Part shown: positions 17,269 to 27,488 of the stretch, piece after piece
How positions within the stretch are numbered: the stretch's first letter is position 1
Layout: each line of letters begins with the position of its first letter
DNA from: an uncultured Campylobacter sp.
Lineage (GTDB): Bacteria; Campylobacterota; Campylobacteria; Campylobacterales; Campylobacteraceae
Reading direction: 5' to 3'
NCBI GenBank assembly: GCA_963519515.1
Contig: CAUQNJ010000002.1
Coordinates: 51,953 to 115,952, forward strand
Length of the DNA: 64,000 bases
Translations under genes and position numbers: made by a program
Notes under the pieces: generated by a model
Databases searched by the model: none
Told to the model about the DNA's origin: nothing
Seen by the model: only the letters and a program-made list of their open reading frames with translations

Positions 17269-18060
17269 TTACGCCAGACTTACAAACTGCCGCTCGCGAT
17301 TTTTGAAAACGGCAATCTTATCGTAGCCGAACTCGCGCGCTTTAGCGTAAATTTTATCATAGTTTAGCGCCACTTGAGCTACCGAGTGCGCGTCCGAGCC
17401 AAGCGTGATCGGCACATCTGCATCCGCTAGCATCTGCAAAAGTGCGTCGCTTGGATAAATTTCATTTGCGGGCTTGCGAAGCCCCGCGGAGTTTAGCTCC
17501 ACGACGATGCCGCTTTTTTTGATCGCGTTTATCGCGCCGCCAGCCAAAACTCTGATATCTTTTTTCGGAGTAAATTTAAAAATTTTAATCAGATCTATGT
17601 GTCCTAAAATGTCGAATTTGCCGCTTCTGCACAGCGCGCAGATCAGCGCAAAGTATTCGCGATAAACGTCGTCTATTTCGCGCCCGCTCCACTGATCTAA
17701 AAATTCCTCGTTATCAAAGCCCCAGTTGTTTAAAAAATGCACCGAGCCGATGAGATAATCTACCTCGCGCGCGAAAATCCGCTCATCCATTAGCTCTTTT
17801 TTCGTCATAAAATCGACCTCATATCCGAGCCGCACGTCGATTCGCCCGCTAAACTCATCTCGCAGATCTCTAATCATCCGCTCGTAAAGCTCCATCTGCT
17901 CGAAGCTCATTCGGTATTTTTGATCGAAGTTCATCGGCGCGTGATCCGCGAAGCCGAAAATTTCTATACCTCGTGCGATCGCCGCTTCCAAATACTGTCG
18001 CGGCTCGCCGTTAGCGTGGTTGCAAAGATAAGTATGGTTGTGTAGATCGGCTCGCATCAA
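17269..18060 (-). CDS. PHP-family histidinol-phosphatase (HisJ/HisK type)
   Basis: DLHNHTYLCNHA...FGFADHAP...GSVHF...LGHIDLIK...GSDAHS metal-ligand pattern of PHP phosphoesterases. Confidence 0.8.
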   Translation of the reverse strand: MMRADLHNHTYLCNHANGEPRQYLEAAIARGIEIFGFADHAPMNFDQKYRMSFEQMELYERMIRDLRDEFSGRIDVRLGYEVDFMTKKELMDERIFAREVDYLIGSVHFLNNWGFDNEEFLDQWSGREIDDVYREYFALICALCRSGKFDILGHIDLIKIFKFTPKKDIRVLAGGAINAIKKSGIVVELNSAGLRKPANEIYPSDALLQMLADADVPITLGSDAHSVAQVALNYDKIYAKAREFGYDKIAVFKNRERQFVSLA

Positions 18061-18122
18061 CTGCTCCTTAAATAAAATTTTGGCTAAATTGTAGTAAAAT
18101 CGCGCTTAAAAAATCACTAGGA

Positions 18123-19391
18123 ATGTATTTGAAAAAACCCGAACTCTTAGCTCCTGCTGGGAATTTAACGAAACTAAAAATCGCCCTGGCTTACGGCGCG
18201 GACGCCGTGTATGCAAGCACGGGCTCATTTTCGCTGCGCCAGCGAAGCGCGAAGGAATTTAGCAAGGAAAGCTTCGCGCAGGGCGTCGCGTACGCGCACG
18301 AGCGCGGCAAGAAGCTTTATGCGACCGTAAACGGCTTTGCGACCAACGGCCAGCTAGGAAACATCGAAAGGCATTTGGAATTTCTTCGCGATCTGCGCGT
18401 GGATGGAGTTTTAATCGCCACTTTAGGCGTCGCGAACCTCGCGCGAGCCGTAGCGCCTGAAATTCCGATTCACGTCTCCACCCAAGCCAACGTGCTAAAT
18501 TATCTGGATGCGCAGGTTTGGGCGGAGCTGGGCGCCGTCCGTATCGTCGCAGCGCGCGAAATGACGCTCAAAGACGCCGTAGAGATCAAAGAAAAAATTC
18601 CGAACCTCGAGATCGAAATTTTCGTGCACGGCTCGATGTGTTTCGCATACAGCGGGCGCTGTCTTGTTAGCGCGGTGCAAAGCGGACGCTTTAGCAACCG
18701 CGGAAGCTGCGCGAACGACTGCAGATTTAACTACGAGCTTTACGCGAAAAATCCCGAAACCAGCGCGCTTTTCCGCTTGCAAGAGCGCGAAGGGGAGGGT
18801 ACTTTCGTAATGAATGCGAAGGATCTTAGCCTCATTTCGCACGTGCAAAAGATCATGCAAACGGGCGCGATCGACAGCTTCAAAATCGAAGGGCGCACCA
18901 AGAGCGAATACTACGTCGCATGCGCCACGAATGCCTACCGTGCGGCGATCAACGATGCCGCGGGCGATAAATTTGAGCCCCGTGTTTACGAGCGCGAGAT
19001 TGCGACGCTTAAAAACCGCGGCTTTAGCGACGGATATTTGATAAAGCGCCCGTACGAGCGAGAGGATACTCAAAATTTAGACCGCAGCATCGAGCTTGGC
19101 ACGCATCAGGTTTGCGCGATCTCGCAGGACGGCGAGTTTATAAGCGTCAAAGATAAAATTTTACCCGGCGTTTCGTATGAAATTTTTGCTCCGCGCGGCT
19201 TTGAAATTTGCCCTTGCGATAATGAAATCGGCGAAATTTTTGAGCTTGACGGCAAGCCATATTTGAAATTTAAGAAGCTGCAAAGCCGCAGCGGTAAGGA
19301 ATTTAGCGAGATTCACAGTGGCAATCTAAATGAGATTAAGCTGCCTGCGAAGCTCGCGGAGTTTTGCTTTTTAAGAAAGGAGATGGAATGA
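18123..19391 (+). CDS. peptidase U32 family protein
   Basis: Contains the U32 signature EIFVHGSMCFAYSGRCLVS. 422 aa. Confidence 0.85.
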   Translation: MYLKKPELLAPAGNLTKLKIALAYGADAVYASTGSFSLRQRSAKEFSKESFAQGVAYAHERGKKLYATVNGFATNGQLGNIERHLEFLRDLRVDGVLIATLGVANLARAVAPEIPIHVSTQANVLNYLDAQVWAELGAVRIVAAREMTLKDAVEIKEKIPNLEIEIFVHGSMCFAYSGRCLVSAVQSGRFSNRGSCANDCRFNYELYAKNPETSALFRLQEREGEGTFVMNAKDLSLISHVQKIMQTGAIDSFKIEGRTKSEYYVACATNAYRAAINDAAGDKFEPRVYEREIATLKNRGFSDGYLIKRPYEREDTQNLDRSIELGTHQVCAISQDGEFISVKDKILPGVSYEIFAPRGFEICPCDNEIGEIFELDGKPYLKFKKLQSRSGKEFSEIHSGNLNEIKLPAKLAEFCFLRKEME

Positions 19392-19888
19392 AATTTGTTT
19401 CTATAATAATGGGCTCAAAGAGCGATTACGAGGTCATTTACGAGGCGGCTAAAATTTTAAACGAATTCGGCGCGCCGTACGAGATGATCGTATCTTCTGC
19501 GCACCGAAGCCCCGCCCGTACGGCTAAATACGTCGCGGACGCCGAGAAAAAAGGCGCGCAGGTTTTCATCTGTGCGGCGGGCATGGCGGCGCATCTTGCT
19601 GGAGCGGTCGCTGCGAATACGACCAAGCCGGTGCTAGGCGTCCCGCTCGGCGGCAGCGCGCTTAGCGGCGTAGATGCGCTGTATTCGACCGTGCAGATGC
19701 CTGCGGGCATTCCGGTTGCGACGCTTGCGATCGGCAAGGCGGGCGCGAAAAACGCGGCGTATCTGGCGGTGCAAATTTTGGCTCTAAGCGACGAGGTGCT
19801 AAGCTCGAAGTTAAAGGCGGATCGCGCGGCAAAAGCGGAGGTTCTGAAAAAGGACTCTGAGCAGATCGAAGTACTACTTGAGGACTAG
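19388..19888 (+). CDS. purE: N5-carboxyaminoimidazole ribonucleotide mutase
   Basis: I prefer the ATG at 19388 (ATGA overlap with the U32 stop; GGAG upstream). MKFVSIIMGSKSDYEV...AHR...AGMAAHLAG. Confidence 0.9.
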   Translation: MKFVSIIMGSKSDYEVIYEAAKILNEFGAPYEMIVSSAHRSPARTAKYVADAEKKGAQVFICAAGMAAHLAGAVAANTTKPVLGVPLGGSALSGVDALYSTVQMPAGIPVATLAIGKAGAKNAAYLAVQILALSDEVLSSKLKADRAAKAEVLKKDSEQIEVLLED

Positions 19889-20101
19889 AGCGCAAAGGTG
19901 CGCGGCAGCGCTAGGCGCGAGCTTAGCGAGTAAAATTTGGCGCTCAAAAAATGTTTAAATTTACGCAGCGGCAAATTTAAACGGCGAGCCATAGGTGCCG
20001 CGAGGCTAAATTTTTAAATTTATACTTCGTGCGGGTTTTAAAATTTAAGAGCCGAAACCCGCGCGAAATTTAGTAAAATTTGATCGATTTAAAGGAATAA
20101 A

Positions 20102-20722
20102 ATGAAAAAGATCGTCGCTCTGTCGCTTGCTTTTGTCGCGCTTTTAGGCGCAAAAGAGATTAAAAGCAAGGAGGTGTTTTTATCGGACGCCGCCTCCGTG
20201 GATAGTTTGAGGCAATTTTTGAAAGCGAATAAAGAGGAGATCGTAAAGTTAAATTTAAGCTACTGCGCGAACGAAAACAGTTTGAAAATTTTAGAAAAAA
20301 ATGCGAACGAGCGCAAAGGGGGCGTGAAATTTAGCGGTATTGCAGAGGACTACAAGCCCTCAAAAGACGTTACTATCGAATATTACGGCGAGCATTTCGA
20401 TCTGGGCGAGGGCTATGACGACGAGGGTAACGCCGCAATCGACGAGGGGCAGATGATCATCAGATATAGCCCGCGCGAGGGCTCGTTTCAAAGCCTTACG
20501 CTGCAGGTAGGCGGCTCTGAGCGCGGCACAAGATATAAGTGGCGGTATTTTTGGGACGAAAAGGCTAGATGCAAGGACGGCGAAGTGAGGCTAGAGGGAG
20601 CGTTTTACGTCACGGACGGCGAGTATCCCGCGGCAAGAGATCTCGGCGATAAGGGAGATTTCGATATATTCGCCCTTGATCCGATCGCGAAAAAATACTT
20701 CAAACTGCTGGAGTATAGATAA
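20102..20722 (+). CDS. secreted hypothetical protein
   Basis: Signal peptide MKKIVALSLAFVALLGA. 206 aa, no recognisable domain. Confidence 0.55.
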   Translation: MKKIVALSLAFVALLGAKEIKSKEVFLSDAASVDSLRQFLKANKEEIVKLNLSYCANENSLKILEKNANERKGGVKFSGIAEDYKPSKDVTIEYYGEHFDLGEGYDDEGNAAIDEGQMIIRYSPREGSFQSLTLQVGGSERGTRYKWRYFWDEKARCKDGEVRLEGAFYVTDGEYPAARDLGDKGDFDIFALDPIAKKYFKLLEYR

Positions 20723-20950
20723 ATTTGCCGCAGCAGGGTTTGCAGAATGAAATTTCGCTAAAATTTCAGGCAAAAATGAGAGATCGCCTTGTTTTGAAAA
20801 AACGATCTAGTTTCGGTAAATTCCGACTGGGCAGGCGAATGCTCGGCTGAAATTTGAAAAATTTTTAGAGCCGCGAAGAGCCTTTGAAGCAGGCTTTGAA
20901 AGGCGCTTGGAAGATAAAATTTAAATTTACATATCGATAAAAGGATAAAA

Positions 20951-21949
20951 ATGACGTTTTCACAGATTATTTTGACGCTTCAAAACTACTGGCACGAGCA
21001 GGGCTGCTTGCTCGTTCAGCCCTACGATATGCCCGCGGGCGCGGGCACCTATCATCAGGCTACCTTTTTGCGCAGCCTAGGAAGCAAGCCGTGGCGCGCT
21101 GCATACGTAGCACCATCGCGCCGCCCAACAGATGGGCGCTACGGCGAAAACCCAAACCGCCTCGGTGCGTATTATCAGTTTCAGGTGATCTTAAAGCCGA
21201 GCCCGGATAATATCCAAGAACTCTATCTAAAAAGCCTAGAAAAGCTGGGGTTAGATCTTAAAAGTCACGATATCCGCTTCGTGGAAGACAACTGGGAGAG
21301 CCCGACGCTAGGGGCCTGGGGGCTTGGCTGGGAGGTTTGGCTAGACGGCATGGAGGTGACGCAGTTTACCTATTTTCAGCAGGTAGGCGGCATCACGTGC
21401 GAGCTAATTAGCGGCGAGATCACCTATGGGCTTGAGCGCTTGGCAATGTATCTGCAAAACAAAGACGACGTTTACGACATCGTCTGGGACGACAAGGCGG
21501 GGCTAGTAACCTACGGCGACGTGCATAAAAGGGGCGAGTTCGAGTTTAGCAAATACAACTTCGAGCTTGCAGACACCGCAATGCTTTTTAATCAGTTTGA
21601 AAACTGCTTCGGCGAGTGCAAAAGCATCCTAAAGCACGGCCTGGCGCTTCCTGCGTATGATTACTGCATGCTCGCGGCGCACACATTCAACGTCCTTGAC
21701 GCGCGCGGAGCGATCTCGGTCACGCAGAGGCAGGATTATATTTTAAAGATCCGCGATCTTGCCAAAAACTGCGCGCTTTGCTACGCAGATCCGCAAAAAT
21801 ATGTCGCCGATCTTTGCGGCACGGCATGCAGCGATAAAAAAGGCGGCAAAGACGGCGGCACGGCGCTCGCTTCCTCCGCGGGCGCAAATTTAAAAAACGC
21901 CCACGGCAAGCAAAATTCCGCGGATAAAACGGATAAAAGCGCAAAGTAG
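20951..21949 (+). CDS. glyQ: glycine--tRNA ligase alpha subunit with a low-complexity C-terminal tail
   Basis: [19 protein letters not shown]...[21 protein letters not shown]...[30 protein letters not shown]. About 44 extra C-terminal residues. Confidence 0.95.
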   Translation: MTFSQIILTLQNYWHEQGCLLVQPYDMPAGAGTYHQATFLRSLGSKPWRAAYVAPSRRPTDGRYGENPNRLGAYYQFQVILKPSPDNIQELYLKSLEKLGLDLKSHDIRFVEDNWESPTLGAWGLGWEVWLDGMEVTQFTYFQQVGGITCELISGEITYGLERLAMYLQNKDDVYDIVWDDKAGLVTYGDVHKRGEFEFSKYNFELADTAMLFNQFENCFGECKSILKHGLALPAYDYCMLAAHTFNVLDARGAISVTQRQDYILKIRDLAKNCALCYADPQKYVADLCGTACSDKKGGKDGGTALASSAGANLKNAHGKQNSADKTDKSAK

Positions 21950-21954
21950 GATTT

Positions 21955-22677
21955 ATGAAAACGGGCGAAATTTATGAAATTTTAAACGCCGCCGCGCCAT
22001 TTTGCGACGCCGAGGCGTGGGATAATAGCGGGCTAATGCTCGGAAACTTGGATGATGAAATTTCAAAAATCTATCTAAGCCTCGACGTTACTAGCGAGCT
22101 GGTGCGCGAGGCTGAGGCGGGCTCGCTTTTGGTGGTACACCACCCGCTAATTTTTAGCCCGCTAAAATCGCTCGATCCGCGGCTATATCCTGCAAATTTG
22201 ATCTATGATATGATCCGCAAAAACATCTCTCTCATCGCGATGCATACGAATTTTGACAAGCACGTTTTAAACGGATTCGTAGCGCGCGAAATTTTAAAAT
22301 TTGAAATTACGGATGAGCGGGAATTTTTGGTTTTCATGCGCGCGGATTTGAGCTTTGAGCAGCTGTGTGCACAGATAAAGCGCGAGCTTGGCATCGAGCA
22401 CCTGCGCGCCGTAAAGACGAAAGATTTCATCCAAAATATCGCGCTTTGCACCGGCAGCGGAAGCGAACTGAACCAAAGCTTGGGCGTGGATTGCTTCATT
22501 ACGGGCGACATAAAATATCACGCGGCGCTTCAAAATTTAGAAAACGGCGTGAGTTTGATCGATATAAATCATTTTGAAAGTGAGCGCTATTTTGGGCGCG
22601 CGCTCGCACCTTTCTTGCAAAAAAGCGAAATTGAAGTTATAATAAGCGAGCAAAAAAATCCATTTACGTATTATTAA
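21955..22677 (+). CDS. Nif3-like dinuclear metal centre protein (GTP cyclohydrolase 1 type 2 homolog)
   Basis: WDNSGLMLG...VVHHPLIF...MHTNFD...GDIKYH motifs. Confidence 0.85.
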   Translation: MKTGEIYEILNAAAPFCDAEAWDNSGLMLGNLDDEISKIYLSLDVTSELVREAEAGSLLVVHHPLIFSPLKSLDPRLYPANLIYDMIRKNISLIAMHTNFDKHVLNGFVAREILKFEITDEREFLVFMRADLSFEQLCAQIKRELGIEHLRAVKTKDFIQNIALCTGSGSELNQSLGVDCFITGDIKYHAALQNLENGVSLIDINHFESERYFGRALAPFLQKSEIEVIISEQKNPFTYY

Positions 22678-22686
22678 AGGAAAAAG

Positions 22687-23394
22687 ATGAACAAATATTT
22701 AAGCCAATTGGTAGAGCTTTGCGAATTCGATAAGCAGCTGGACGGATTTAAGCCTAAAATCGAGGCCGCGCAGGAGAAGCTGAGTAAAAAAAGCACTGAA
22801 ATAAACGGCGCAAAAGAACAGATCGAAACTCTAAATGCGGAGATCGCCGAGCTAAAATCTCAAATTTTACAAGCAAACGCGCAGCTTAGCGCCTTTTCGT
22901 CCAAGCTAAAAAGCACGGGCAAAAAAAGCGGCGCGGCAAAAACCGAAAAGGAGATCAAGGCCCTTAGCGTCGAAGAGGACATCGCAAAAGAGCAGCTCGA
23001 AGCCACAAACGAGGAGATCGAAAGGCTAGAAAAGATCGTAGCCGCAAAGGAGGCGCTCGTAAAAGAGCAGAGCGAAAAGCAAGAGGCGTTTGAAGCCGAG
23101 CTAAAAAGCTTGCAGGAGCAGGTAAGCGCCGAGATGGGCGAAGTTGAGGTCGCTCGCGGCGCGATCTACGCTAAGCGCGATAAACTAATGCAGGCTATGA
23201 ATCCAAAAACCGTCTCATTCTACGAAAAGATCCGCAAGTGGGCGGGCAATACGGCGGTCTCGCCGGTGCGCAAACAGGCCTGCTACGGCTGCTTTATGCG
23301 CATAAGCGACAAGACCTATTCCGCGGTCATCAAAAGCGACGACATCGTAACCTGCCCGTATTGCGGCAGAATTTTATATAAAGAAGCCGAGTGA
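22687..23394 (+). CDS. coiled-coil C4 zinc-ribbon protein (DUF164/COG1579, HP0958-like)
   Basis: Long coiled coil followed by CYGCFMRI...CPYCGRILY. Sits between Nif3 and waaA, as in Helicobacter pylori HP0959-HP0957. Confidence 0.8.
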   Translation: MNKYLSQLVELCEFDKQLDGFKPKIEAAQEKLSKKSTEINGAKEQIETLNAEIAELKSQILQANAQLSAFSSKLKSTGKKSGAAKTEKEIKALSVEEDIAKEQLEATNEEIERLEKIVAAKEALVKEQSEKQEAFEAELKSLQEQVSAEMGEVEVARGAIYAKRDKLMQAMNPKTVSFYEKIRKWAGNTAVSPVRKQACYGCFMRISDKTYSAVIKSDDIVTCPYCGRILYKEAE

Positions 23395-24779
23395 TCTACA
23401 CCGCCTTGGCGTTTTTGGCGTGGCTTGCAGCTGCGCCTTTTATTTTTATCCTAAGCTTTAAAACAAAATACCGCACGAGCCTGAAGGCGCGATTTTTTCT
23501 ATACAAAAACCCTAAATTTAGCCCCGCAGCGGTGCACTTTCACGCTTGCAGCTTGGGCGAGGTAAACGCTCTTGTGCCGCTAATTTCTAAATTTGAGAGC
23601 GTCGCGCTTAGCACGACCACGCAGACGGGCTTCGGTGCGGCGCGTGCGCTCACGCCGAACTCTCGCTACCTGCCGTTTGAAAACTGGCTTCCGTTTTGGC
23701 TTACGGGCAGCCGCGTGCTGGTGATCTTTGAAGCCGAGCTGTGGCTAAATTTGATCCGTACCGCTAAATCGCGCGGAAGCTACGTGATCCTGCTAAACGC
23801 GCGCATTAGCGACCGCTCGTATGCGAGCTATCTGCGTTTTAAGCTTTATTATCGCAAAGCGTTTGAAAATATCGATCTGGTGCTTGCGCAAAGCGAGCTT
23901 GATGCGGTGCGGCTGCGGGAGCTCGGCGCAAAAAATATAAAGGTCGCGGGCAACGTGAAAAGCGCGAATATCGCCGTTGCGACGAAGGACTATTCTGCTG
24001 CGTCCGCAAATAGCTTCGTGCTTACGATCTCAAACACTCACGAGGGCGAAGAGGAGCTTGTTTTATCGAATTTAAACGATTTTATGAAATTTCGCAGTTC
24101 GCAAAATATGCCCGAAAAATACCAGCGCGCAGCGAGTATCCGCGACGATAGGAGCTTGCCTGCGGCTGAGCTTCGCGACGAGCAGGGCTCGCTTGAAGCG
24201 GTAAATTTAAACGCAACTTCTTTGGATGCGGCGACTTCAAGCGACGATTCGTCCGCCGTGCCGAATACGGCGCCTTTAAACGGTGCGTCTTTAAATTTTG
24301 CCGTACCAAATACGACGTCTTCGACTGCCGCGCCGCAAAAGCTAAAAATCATCCTGGCGCCGAGGCATCCGGAGCGCTTCGAAAAGGTATGTGAAATTTG
24401 CAAGGCTTGGGCGCGCGAGCATGAGCTTAGCTTTGAGCGATTTAGCGACGGCGCGGGGCTTCGGAGCGATTTTATCTTGCTGGATGCCTTCGGGGAGCTA
24501 GCGAACTTTTATAAAATTTCAAACGTCGTGATCTTGGGCGGCAGTTTTTTGCGCAATATCGGCGGACATAGTCCGATCGAGGCGGCGAGCTTCGGCGTGC
24601 CGATCATCAGCGGGCGATTTTTTCATAATCAAAAGGCGCTGTACGCGCTCGTGCAAAATATCGCTCTGTGCGACGCGGATGAAATTTCAAGCCTTTTAAA
24701 GGAGCCGCTAAAGGACACGCGGATAGATAAAATTTGCGATCTACAAGAGATAGAAAATTTAATCAAGGAAAGAATTTAA
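23391..24779 (+). CDS. waaA: 3-deoxy-D-manno-octulosonic acid (Kdo) transferase with an internal low-complexity insertion
   Basis: N-terminal membrane anchor and HACSLGEVNA motif. The C-terminal half has ILAPRHPERF...GGSF...GGHSPIEAA. 462 aa, against a typical length of about 390-425. Confidence 0.85.
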   Translation: MIYTALAFLAWLAAAPFIFILSFKTKYRTSLKARFFLYKNPKFSPAAVHFHACSLGEVNALVPLISKFESVALSTTTQTGFGAARALTPNSRYLPFENWLPFWLTGSRVLVIFEAELWLNLIRTAKSRGSYVILLNARISDRSYASYLRFKLYYRKAFENIDLVLAQSELDAVRLRELGAKNIKVAGNVKSANIAVATKDYSAASANSFVLTISNTHEGEEELVLSNLNDFMKFRSSQNMPEKYQRAASIRDDRSLPAAELRDEQGSLEAVNLNATSLDAATSSDDSSAVPNTAPLNGASLNFAVPNTTSSTAAPQKLKIILAPRHPERFEKVCEICKAWAREHELSFERFSDGAGLRSDFILLDAFGELANFYKISNVVILGGSFLRNIGGHSPIEAASFGVPIISGRFFHNQKALYALVQNIALCDADEISSLLKEPLKDTRIDKICDLQEIENLIKERI

Positions 24780-25528
24780 TGCAAGAAAAAGCCTACAAAT
24801 TGCTGGCGGCGCAGGAAAATATCTCGCACAACGAAGCTAAAGCCCTCATCGACGCGGGGCTTGTGAGCGCGCGCGGCGCAAAGATCGCTCTAGCGCGCGA
24901 GATGCTCGGCGAAAATGTTAAATTTAGCGTGATGAAGCCCGCAAAACCCGCGATCATTTACGAGGACGAGAACGTTTTGGCGGTCAATAAGCCGCCCTTT
25001 ATGAGCAGCGAAAATTTGGAAAAAATCTATAAATTCAGCCTTCTAAACCGCCTGGATAAGGAAACTAGCGGCGTCGTGCTGTTGTATAAGAACGAGGAAT
25101 TTCGCGAAGCGGCGATTGCAGAGTTTAAAAATTTGCGCGTGAAGAAAAGCTACATCGCGATCGTGAAGGGGATCGTGAGCGAAGAGATGAAATTTGACGA
25201 GCCGATTTTGACGATAAAAACCAGAAGCGGCGCCTTTTCTAAAATTTCGCCAAACGGCAAGAGCGCATTTAGCGAGGTTTATCCGCTTATGGTAAGCGGC
25301 AAAAAATCGCTCGTGAAGGTGCGGATCGAGACGGGCAGGACGCATCAGATCCGCGTGCATCTAGCAAATGCAGGATTCGGCGTAATAGGCGATGAAAAAT
25401 ACGCTAAAAGCCGCGCGAAGCGGATGTTTCTGCACTCGTACGAGACTGAAATTTTAGGGCTTAAATTTAAAGCTCCGCTAGGTACAAGCTTCAACGAATT
25501 CGGCTTTGAAATTCCTAAGGATCTCTGA
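24779..25528 (+). CDS. RluA-family pseudouridine synthase with an N-terminal S4-like domain
   Basis: I prefer the ATG at 24779 (TAATG overlap with the waaA stop). Motifs LNRLDKETSGVVLL and GRTHQIRVHL. Confidence 0.85.
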   Translation: MQEKAYKLLAAQENISHNEAKALIDAGLVSARGAKIALAREMLGENVKFSVMKPAKPAIIYEDENVLAVNKPPFMSSENLEKIYKFSLLNRLDKETSGVVLLYKNEEFREAAIAEFKNLRVKKSYIAIVKGIVSEEMKFDEPILTIKTRSGAFSKISPNGKSAFSEVYPLMVSGKKSLVKVRIETGRTHQIRVHLANAGFGVIGDEKYAKSRAKRMFLHSYETEILGLKFKAPLGTSFNEFGFEIPKDL

Positions 25529-25594
25529 TATTCAATGGCTTTTAAGTTAATTTTAGGTAACATCGCAAGTTTAAAAATTTTATAAGGGATCAAA

Positions 25595-26935
25595 GTGTTT
25601 GAGATTATAAGCGAGTCGTTTAAAAACGCGGTCAATAAATTAAAAACAATCGATGACGAAAAAGCTTTAAAAAACGCCTTGGAAACGCTAAAAAAGGCGC
25701 TTTTAAAGGCTGACGTACACCACAAAGTCGTAAAGGATTTTTTGGCGCTTGTCGAAGCCGATCTTCGTATCGGCACGATAGGACAGAAGCCGTTTTTGCA
25801 GTCTATCAAGACAAATTTGACTAAAATTTTAACGGCGCCTAGGGGCAGCAGCCAAGGGTTTGTATTTGCCGGCACGCCTCCTACGGTAGCTTTGATGACG
25901 GGACTTCAAGGAAGCGGAAAATCCACAAGCACGATAAAACTCGCGAACTATCTGAAACTTCGTAAAAAAAAGGTCTTAGTCGCAGCGTGCGACTTGCAGC
26001 GCCTAGCCGCGGTCGAACAGCTCCGCCAGCTTTGCGAAGCAAATGAGATCGAGCTGTTTTTTATCGAGGGCGAGAGCGATCCGCTAAAGGTTGCGCAGAA
26101 GGCGCTAAGCAAGGCTAAGAGCGGGCTTTATGACGTACTGCTCGTAGATACGGCGGGACGTCTTGCGATAGACGAGGCGCTTATGGCACAGCTTGCGGAG
26201 ATGAAAAAAGCTTTAAATCCGCATGAAATTTTTTACGTAGCGGACGCCATGAGCGGTCAAGACGGCATTAAAACGGCCGCTAAATTTGATGAAATTTTAG
26301 GCCTTACGGGCGTGATCTTAAGCAAATTTGACGCCGATACCAAAGGCGGCGTAGCTATTGGTATCGCGCAGCAGCTGGGCATCCCGCTTCGTTTTATCGG
26401 AACTGGCGAAAAGGTGGCCGATCTGGAGGGCTTTATACCCGATAGAATCACCGGCCGCATTATGGGCGAGGGCGATTTAGCGACGCTAGCCGAGAAAACA
26501 AGCGCCGTCTTCGACGAAAGAGAAGCCAAAGCTTTGAACAAAAAGATCAAAAAGGGCGAGTTTAATTTCAACGATTTCGTAAATCAGCTCGAAAGCGTGA
26601 AAAAGCTCGGTAATATGAAAAATTTGATCGGTATGATCCCGGGGCTTTCCGGCATGGCGAATAAGATAAAAGATATCGATTTGGAAAACTCAAAAGAGAT
26701 ACTTCATATCAAAGCGATGATAAATTCTATGACGCCGAAAGAGCGCGAAAATCCCGATCTGCTAAATAATTCGCGCAAGCGCAGACTTGCTGCTGGCGCA
26801 GGGCTTTCGCAGGTGGAGGTGAACCGCTTTTTAAAGCAGTTCGCGGGTGCTTCGAAGCTTGCGAAGAAATTTTCGGGCAAGGGCGGCATGCAGGGGCTTG
26901 CCTCAATCGCTCAAAGGCAAAATTTACCGAGATAG
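25595..26935 (+). CDS. ffh: signal recognition particle protein Ffh
   Basis: GTG start. GLQGSGKSTS, DTAGR and SKFDADTKGG motifs, plus a Met-rich M domain. Confidence 0.95.
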   Translation: MFEIISESFKNAVNKLKTIDDEKALKNALETLKKALLKADVHHKVVKDFLALVEADLRIGTIGQKPFLQSIKTNLTKILTAPRGSSQGFVFAGTPPTVALMTGLQGSGKSTSTIKLANYLKLRKKKVLVAACDLQRLAAVEQLRQLCEANEIELFFIEGESDPLKVAQKALSKAKSGLYDVLLVDTAGRLAIDEALMAQLAEMKKALNPHEIFYVADAMSGQDGIKTAAKFDEILGLTGVILSKFDADTKGGVAIGIAQQLGIPLRFIGTGEKVADLEGFIPDRITGRIMGEGDLATLAEKTSAVFDEREAKALNKKIKKGEFNFNDFVNQLESVKKLGNMKNLIGMIPGLSGMANKIKDIDLENSKEILHIKAMINSMTPKERENPDLLNNSRKRRLAAGAGLSQVEVNRFLKQFAGASKLAKKFSGKGGMQGLASIAQRQNLPR

Positions 26936-26949
26936 CCTCTCGGTAGAGT

Positions 26950-26980
26950 TTGCAGATGTTTAAGTTTTAGCCATCTGCAA
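26950..26980 (+). terminator. stem-loop between ffh and rpsP
   Basis: TTGCAGATG (26950-26958) pairs perfectly with CATCTGCAA (26972-26980) around a 13-nt loop. There is no clear U-tract. Confidence 0.4.
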
Positions 26981-27013
26981 GTTCTAAAACTTACAAAAAT
27001 TTAAGGAGAAAAA

Positions 27014-27244
27014 ATGGCAACAGTTGTTAGGCTTACAAGAATCGGAAGAAAGAAGCAGCCTTTTTACCGCATCGTGGTAACGGATAGCAGGAAAAGACGC
27101 GACGGCGGCTTTATCGAGACGATCGGCTTTTATAACCCGTTAAAACAGAGCGATAATATTAAATTCGACGCGGAGCGTTTGGCATATTGGAAGAGCGTAG
27201 GCGCGAAGTTAAGCGATAGGGTCGCTCAAATCACAAGCAAATAA
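27014..27244 (+). CDS. rpsP: 30S ribosomal protein S16
   Basis: [22 protein letters not shown]... Confidence 0.95.
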   Translation: MATVVRLTRIGRKKQPFYRIVVTDSRKRRDGGFIETIGFYNPLKQSDNIKFDAERLAYWKSVGAKLSDRVAQITSK

Positions 27245-27245
27245 A

Positions 27246-27488
27246 ATGGTAGAAAATTTTATAAAAGAATACGCAAAGTTGATCGCCGACTATCCGCAGT
27301 CCGTCTCTACGCAAAAGCGGGTCGGTGAAAACTTTACCGAGATCATCGTCTATGCCGACAAGGCCGATACAGGCAAACTCATCGGCAAGGACGGCAAAAT
27401 GATAAACGCCATAAAGACCGTCATCATCGGCTATAAAGCAAAAGATCCGATCAATTATAAAATTACCGTCAAAGCCAAAGATGCCTGA
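27246..27488 (+). CDS. KH-domain RNA-binding protein (YlqC/UPF0109)
   Basis: 80 aa with GKLIGKDGKMINAIK (a GXXG KH motif). Conserved position between rpsP and rimM. Confidence 0.85.
   Translation: MVENFIKEYAKLIADYPQSVSTQKRVGENFTEIIVYADKADTGKLIGKDGKMINAIKTVIIGYKAKDPINYKITVKAKDA

Noticed and set aside
25345-25875. 176-aa minus-strand ORF
   Set aside because: It lies antisense to the 3' end of the pseudouridine synthase gene and the 5' end of ffh, both strongly supported, and has no motif of its own.
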